Assembly: GCA_963707215.1 (NCBI GenBank)
Contig: CAVPPB010000003.1
Location: forward strand, 1,536,001-1,600,000
Reading direction: 5' to 3'
Source: an uncultured Chloroflexia bacterium
Lineage (GTDB): Bacteria > Chloroflexota > Limnocylindria > Limnocylindrales > CSP1-4
DNA: 64,000 nucleotides
Numbering within the stretch: position 1 is the first letter of the stretch; each line of letters begins with the position of its first letter. Made by a program: the position numbers and the translations under genes. Below, piece after piece: positions 60,246 through 64,000 of this stretch. The notes below the pieces were generated by a model. That model had not been told where the DNA came from. It saw nothing but the letters and a program-made list of their open reading frames with translations, and ran no database searches.

Positions 60246-61406
60246 ATGCGGGCAGGCGACCTCGACCTCCGGATCGGGACGCTCGATCCGGGACCCCTCG
60301 ACGCCATCACCGACGTCCCGGGGCTCCGGGTCGGCCACGCCACGATCGTCCGCGGCGACGGCCCCCTCGTCCCCGGTGAGGGGCCGGTGCGGACGGGCGT
60401 CACGGTGCTCATCCCCCACGACGGCGATCCCTGGCTGGAGCCGGTCTTCGCCGGCTGCCACCGCCTCAACGGCGACGGCGAGCTGACCGGGCTGGAGTGG
60501 ATCCGCGAGGCCGGCCTGCTGAGCGGCCCGATCGGGCTGACGAACACCCACAGCGTCGGCGTCGTCCGGGACGCGCTCATCGTCGATGCCGTGGCGTCGC
60601 ATGAGCAGGGCGCCCCGATCTGGTCGCTGCCGGTCGTCGGCGAGACCTACGACGGTGCCCTCAACGACATCGACGGCTTCCACGTCACCCCGGCCCACGT
60701 CGCCGAGGCCCTCCGGGCGGCCTCGTCCGGACCGGTGGCCGAGGGCGGGGTCGGTGGCGGGACCGGCATGGTCTGCCACGGCTTCAAGGGCGGCATCGGG
60801 ACGGCGTCGCGGCTGGCGCCCGGCCCCGACGGACCGTGGGTCGTCGGGGTCCTGGTCCAGGCCAACTACGGCAGCCGCGAGCAGCTCCGGATCGACGGCG
60901 TGCCGGTCGGGCGGGAGATCCCCCGGTCCGAGCTGCCGAGCCCCTGGGACCAGGCGACCGAGGTCCGGCGCCGGCTTCGCGGCCGCGAGGGGGCGGGCTC
61001 GATCATCGTCATCGTGGCGACGGACGCTCCGCTGCTCCCGCACCAGTGCGCGCGCCTGGCCCAGCGGCCGTCGCTGGCCCTCGGCCGGATGGGCAGCATC
61101 GCCTCGACCGGTTCCGGGGACCTGTTCCTGGCCTTCGCGACCGGCAACCGGCTGCGGGCCGGGGACGGGGCACCCGGCGACCCGGACGACGAAACCCCTA
61201 CCGTCACGGACGTCCGGATGGTCGGCGAGGGAGCGATCGACGGGCTCTTCGCCGCCACGGTCGAAGCCACCGAGGCGGCCATCGTCAACGCCCTGGTCGC
61301 CGCCGAGACGATGGAGGGTCGGGACGGCATCACCGCCCACGCACTCCCCCACGACCGGCTGGCGCAGGTCATGGCGGCCCACGGGCGCCCGCTCGGCGGC
61401 GGCTGA
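60246..61406 (+). CDS. P1/DmpA family (S58) peptidase
   Basis: AITDVPGLRVGH, RTGVT, LNGDGELTG, PVVGETYDG.LNDI, GFKGGIGTASR, GSIIVIVATDAPL, SGD. Confidence 0.92.
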   Translation: MRAGDLDLRIGTLDPGPLDAITDVPGLRVGHATIVRGDGPLVPGEGPVRTGVTVLIPHDGDPWLEPVFAGCHRLNGDGELTGLEWIREAGLLSGPIGLTNTHSVGVVRDALIVDAVASHEQGAPIWSLPVVGETYDGALNDIDGFHVTPAHVAEALRAASSGPVAEGGVGGGTGMVCHGFKGGIGTASRLAPGPDGPWVVGVLVQANYGSREQLRIDGVPVGREIPRSELPSPWDQATEVRRRLRGREGAGSIIVIVATDAPLLPHQCARLAQRPSLALGRMGSIASTGSGDLFLAFATGNRLRAGDGAPGDPDDETPTVTDVRMVGEGAIDGLFAATVEATEAAIVNALVAAETMEGRDGITAHALPHDRLAQVMAAHGRPLGGG

Positions 61407-61415
61407 GGTCCGCCT

Positions 61416-62261
61416 GTGGCGGTGCCGACCATCCGGCCGCTGACGCCGGACGACTTCGGGTCGGTCGACCGGATCCTCGCGGCCAGCGGGGAGGGGGTCG
61501 CGGACGCGAGCGGGCAGTGGCCGTACCTGGAGCTGATCGAGGCCTGCGGTCGGGCGCTGGTGGCCGAGCTCGACGACCGCATCGTCGGGTTCGCGGCGAC
61601 CGTGCCGTCCGGCCGGATCACCCATGTCAGCGACCTGTTCGTCGACCCCGGTCACCAGGGGACCGGAATCGGAAGCCGGCTGCTGGCCGAGGTCCTGGGC
61701 GACGCCTGGCCGCGGACCACGTTCAGCTCCGCCGACCCGCGAGCCCTGCCGCTCTACGTCCGCAACGGCCTGCGACCCGGTTGGCCCGGCTGCTACGTCG
61801 TCGGGTCGGCCGAGGCACTGCCGCAGCCGGCTGCCGGGCTGACGACGGAGCCGTTGGTCGCTTCCGCGATGACCGAGGTCGAGCGGCGGATCGCCGGCGT
61901 CGACCGGGCGGTCCTCCACGCCCACGAGGCCCGCGAGGCCGGCTCGCTCCACCTCGCGGTCCGCGCCGGCGACCGGATCGTCGCGGCCGGGCACGCCCGG
62001 GATGCCCGCAAGGACCCGGGTCGCTGGCTCGATCGCCTCGTCGTCGACCCGGCCGCCGACCCGGTGGAGGCTGTCGTGGCGGCGCTGGCCGCTGCCGCCG
62101 TCCCCGGCCGCCAGGTGGGGACCTGCGTGCCCGGCCCCCATCCGGCGCTCGCGGTCCTGCTGGAAGCCGGCTTCCGGATCATCGATCGCGACGTCTATTG
62201 CGAAAGCGAGCCGGGCCTCGTCGACCCGGCTCGCTCGCTGCCGGACCCGGCGCTGCTCTAG
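61416..62261 (+). CDS. GNAT family N-acetyltransferase
   Basis: IRPLTPDD, IVGFA, SDLFVDPGHQGTGIGSRLL, ALPLYVRNG. Confidence 0.85.
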   Translation: MAVPTIRPLTPDDFGSVDRILAASGEGVADASGQWPYLELIEACGRALVAELDDRIVGFAATVPSGRITHVSDLFVDPGHQGTGIGSRLLAEVLGDAWPRTTFSSADPRALPLYVRNGLRPGWPGCYVVGSAEALPQPAAGLTTEPLVASAMTEVERRIAGVDRAVLHAHEAREAGSLHLAVRAGDRIVAAGHARDARKDPGRWLDRLVVDPAADPVEAVVAALAAAAVPGRQVGTCVPGPHPALAVLLEAGFRIIDRDVYCESEPGLVDPARSLPDPALL

Positions 62262-62304
62262 GCGCGCCGGCCCGCGGCGCCCGCAGCTCGGCGCCCGCGG
62301 CGCG

Positions 62305-63162
62305 TCATCCGCCGGCGGACCGCTCGATCGGCACGCCGACCATGCTCCCCCACTCGGTCCAGCTTCCGTCGTAGTTGCGGACCCGCGGGTAGCCGAGCAG
62401 CTCGTGGAGGACGAACCAGGTGTGCGACGAGCGCTCGCCGATGCGGCAGTACGCGATGACGTCCCTGTCCGCCTTGACGCCCTTCGCCCCGTAGAGATCG
62501 CGGAGCTCGTCGGCGCTCTTGAAGCGACCATCCTCCGCGACGGCCTGGGCCCACGGGATCGAGGCTGCGCCCGGGATGTGGCCGGCCCGCTGGGCCGTCT
62601 CGCTCATGCCGGGTGGGGCGATGACCTCGCCGGCGAACTCGGCCGGGCTGCGGACGTCGACGAGGACGAGGTTGGGATCGCCGAGTCTCGGCAGGATGTC
62701 GTCGCGGAAGGCCCGCGTCGAGAAGTCGGCCGGCGGCAGCTCGTAGGCGGTCTCCGGGTAGGTCGGGGCATCGACCGAGAGCGCGAGCCCGCGGTCAAGC
62801 CAGTAGCGGCGCCCGCCATCGAGGATGCGCACGTCCTTGTGCCCGTAGAGTCGCAGCTGCCAGTACGCCCAGGCGGCGAACCAGTTGTTGTTGTCGCCGT
62901 ACAGGACGACGGTCGTCTCCGGCCCGATGCCACTCTTCGACAGGAGCCGGCCCAGGTCCTCGCGGCTGGCGATGTCGCGACGGATCCCGTCCGACAGCTG
63001 GCTCGTCCAGTCCCAGCCGATGGCGCCGGGGATGTGGCTCTGGTCATAGGCCGTCGTGTCGACATCGACCTCGACGAAGCGGACCGAGGGATGGTCGAGA
63101 TGCTCGAGCGCCCAGTCGGCGCTGACGAGGGCCCGATCGTGGCCGGTGATCTTGGCGGTCAT
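62305..63162 (-). CDS. sulfurtransferase (tandem rhodanese, CysA/SseA-like)
   Basis: LVSADW, HIPGA x2, YGDNNNWFAA, DVRSPAEF, YCRIGERS, NYDGSWTEWG; SD AAGGAG. Confidence 0.94.
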   Translation of the reverse strand: MTAKITGHDRALVSADWALEHLDHPSVRFVEVDVDTTAYDQSHIPGAIGWDWTSQLSDGIRRDIASREDLGRLLSKSGIGPETTVVLYGDNNNWFAAWAYWQLRLYGHKDVRILDGGRRYWLDRGLALSVDAPTYPETAYELPPADFSTRAFRDDILPRLGDPNLVLVDVRSPAEFAGEVIAPPGMSETAQRAGHIPGAASIPWAQAVAEDGRFKSADELRDLYGAKGVKADRDVIAYCRIGERSSHTWFVLHELLGYPRVRNYDGSWTEWGSMVGVPIERSAGG

Positions 63163-63225
63163 GGGATCTCCTTCGCGGGTGGTGGCCGTGCGCCACCGGT
63201 GCGGGGACGTCGAGGGGATCGGGGG

Positions 63226-63309
63226 TCAGGGGCGTCGGCGGGTCCTGCGAGCGGGGTCGCGGACCCGCCAGGGACACGCGCAGCGGCCCACCGGACGTCG
63301 CTCAACCAT
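63226..63309 (-). CDS. putative cysteine-containing leader peptide MVERRPVGRCACPWRVRDPARRTRRRP
   Basis: ATG overlaps the stop of the upstream gene by 8 nt; GRCAC; hairpin 63237-63269 follows the Cys codons; ends 63 nt before the sulfurtransferase. Confidence 0.55.
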   Translation of the reverse strand: MVERRPVGRCACPWRVRDPARRTRRRP

Positions 63310-63757
63310 CGCCGGTCGGTCGGTCCCGGCGGCTGAAATCCAGGAGCACTTCCCGGCAGGCGTCCTCGGCGCGCCGGGCCTGGCCGACGATCCAGGGATC
63401 CACTCGCGAGCTGTCCTCGATGGCGACCGTGGCCCCGTACGGGCCATCCTCGACGACGATCCCGGAGGCGTTCCGGTAGTCGGCCATCCAGTTCGCCTGG
63501 AGCTGGAGCACGACGTCGGTGACGACGGCTACCGGGAAGTGCCAGTCGAGCCAGGCCGCGTCCAGGCGGGCCGCGACGTCGGCCAACCGCACCGGGTCGC
63601 CCCGCTCGAGACGGGCCAGGAGGTCGATGACCCGGAGGGTCGTGAACGGGTCCCCCGACTCGGCGACCGTCGGCGGCTGGATGGACGGGTCCGGCAGGCC
63701 GGCCGGCGCCTCTCGAAGGACGAGACGACCGATCTCCAGAGGCGGGACGTCGGTCAC
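63302..63757 (-). CDS. hypothetical protein
   Basis: 151-aa protein-like ORF with SD AGGAG; first gene of a unit with the sulfurtransferase. Confidence 0.75.
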   Translation of the reverse strand: MTDVPPLEIGRLVLREAPAGLPDPSIQPPTVAESGDPFTTLRVIDLLARLERGDPVRLADVAARLDAAWLDWHFPVAVVTDVVLQLQANWMADYRNASGIVVEDGPYGATVAIEDSSRVDPWIVGQARRAEDACREVLLDFSRRDRPTGDG

Positions 63758-63765
63758 GGCGGCTG

Positions 63766-63790
63766 AACTCCTACTAATCCGATAGGGATA
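63766..63790. promoter_or_regulatory. degenerate Rrf2-type operator
   Basis: AACTCCTAC-taatccg-ATAGGGATA (6/9 match to each consensus half); AT-rich island 4 nt downstream of TGcTATCCT on the minus strand. Confidence 0.5.
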
Positions 63791-63859
63791 GGTGAGGATA
63801 GCACGGGCCCCGGGATCCGCCCGAACGGCCCGCCCCTGATCGCCGGGTCCGGGTCATCG

Positions 63860-64000
63860 CTATGGCAGGAGCTGACGAAGGGCGAAGACGACGTTGGCCG
63901 GACGCTCGGCCAGCCGACGCATGTACCAGGGGTACCAGGCGTCGCCGTAGGCGATCAGATCGAGGACCCGGTAGCCGTCCCGGGCGAGGCGCCGCTGCTG
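63860..64000 (-). CDS. proline dehydrogenase family protein, 3' end only
   Basis: QQRRLARDGYRV..IAYG..WYPWYMRRLAERPANVVF; TAG stop at 63860. Confidence 0.85.
   Translation of the reverse strand, partial: QQRRLARDGYRVLDLIAYGDAWYPWYMRRLAERPANVVFALRQLLP

Noticed and set aside
60150-62531. Apparent 1295-aa PabB with a giant N-terminal extension
   Set aside because: The extension is antisense to DmpA and the GNAT; the real start is about 60149, after a GATAAT box.

Overview
Very GC-rich bacterial chromosomal window, most consistent with Chloroflexota (Limnocylindria-like); this is inferred from gene content and style, not proven. It holds about 55 mostly housekeeping genes: fumC, icd, purE, a GrpB-PurK fusion, ppgK, a thiolase/enoyl-CoA hydratase cluster, an ECF transporter with a nucleoside hydrolase, a vapBC-type TA pair, pabB/pabC-like genes, a GGDEF-EAL protein and two STAND-type nucleotide cyclases. 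A dispersed sulfur/Fe-S module comprises iscA/erpA, rrf2-sufC-sufS, sufU, moeZ-cysO-cysM-mec, DUF59 and a sulfurtransferase. No tRNA, rRNA, CRISPR array or transposase was seen. The most notable unannotated signals are: (1) two tiny ORFs sharing a GRCxC motif, each overlapping the stop of the upstream gene and lying ahead of cysteine/sulfur genes; together with a recurring Rrf2-type palindrome (AATCCCGAC-N7-GTCGGGATT) they suggest two-tier control by an Fe-S sensor plus a cysteine-sensing attenuator; (2) a c-di-GMP-II-like riboswitch variant ahead of a small His-repeat membrane protein; (3) a SulP-STAS-TM-PASTA-PASTA fusion; (4) a circularly permuted osmoprotectant-binding protein; (5) three copies of a palindrome upstream of the second cyclase. 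All family calls come from motif recognition by eye; no database searches were run.
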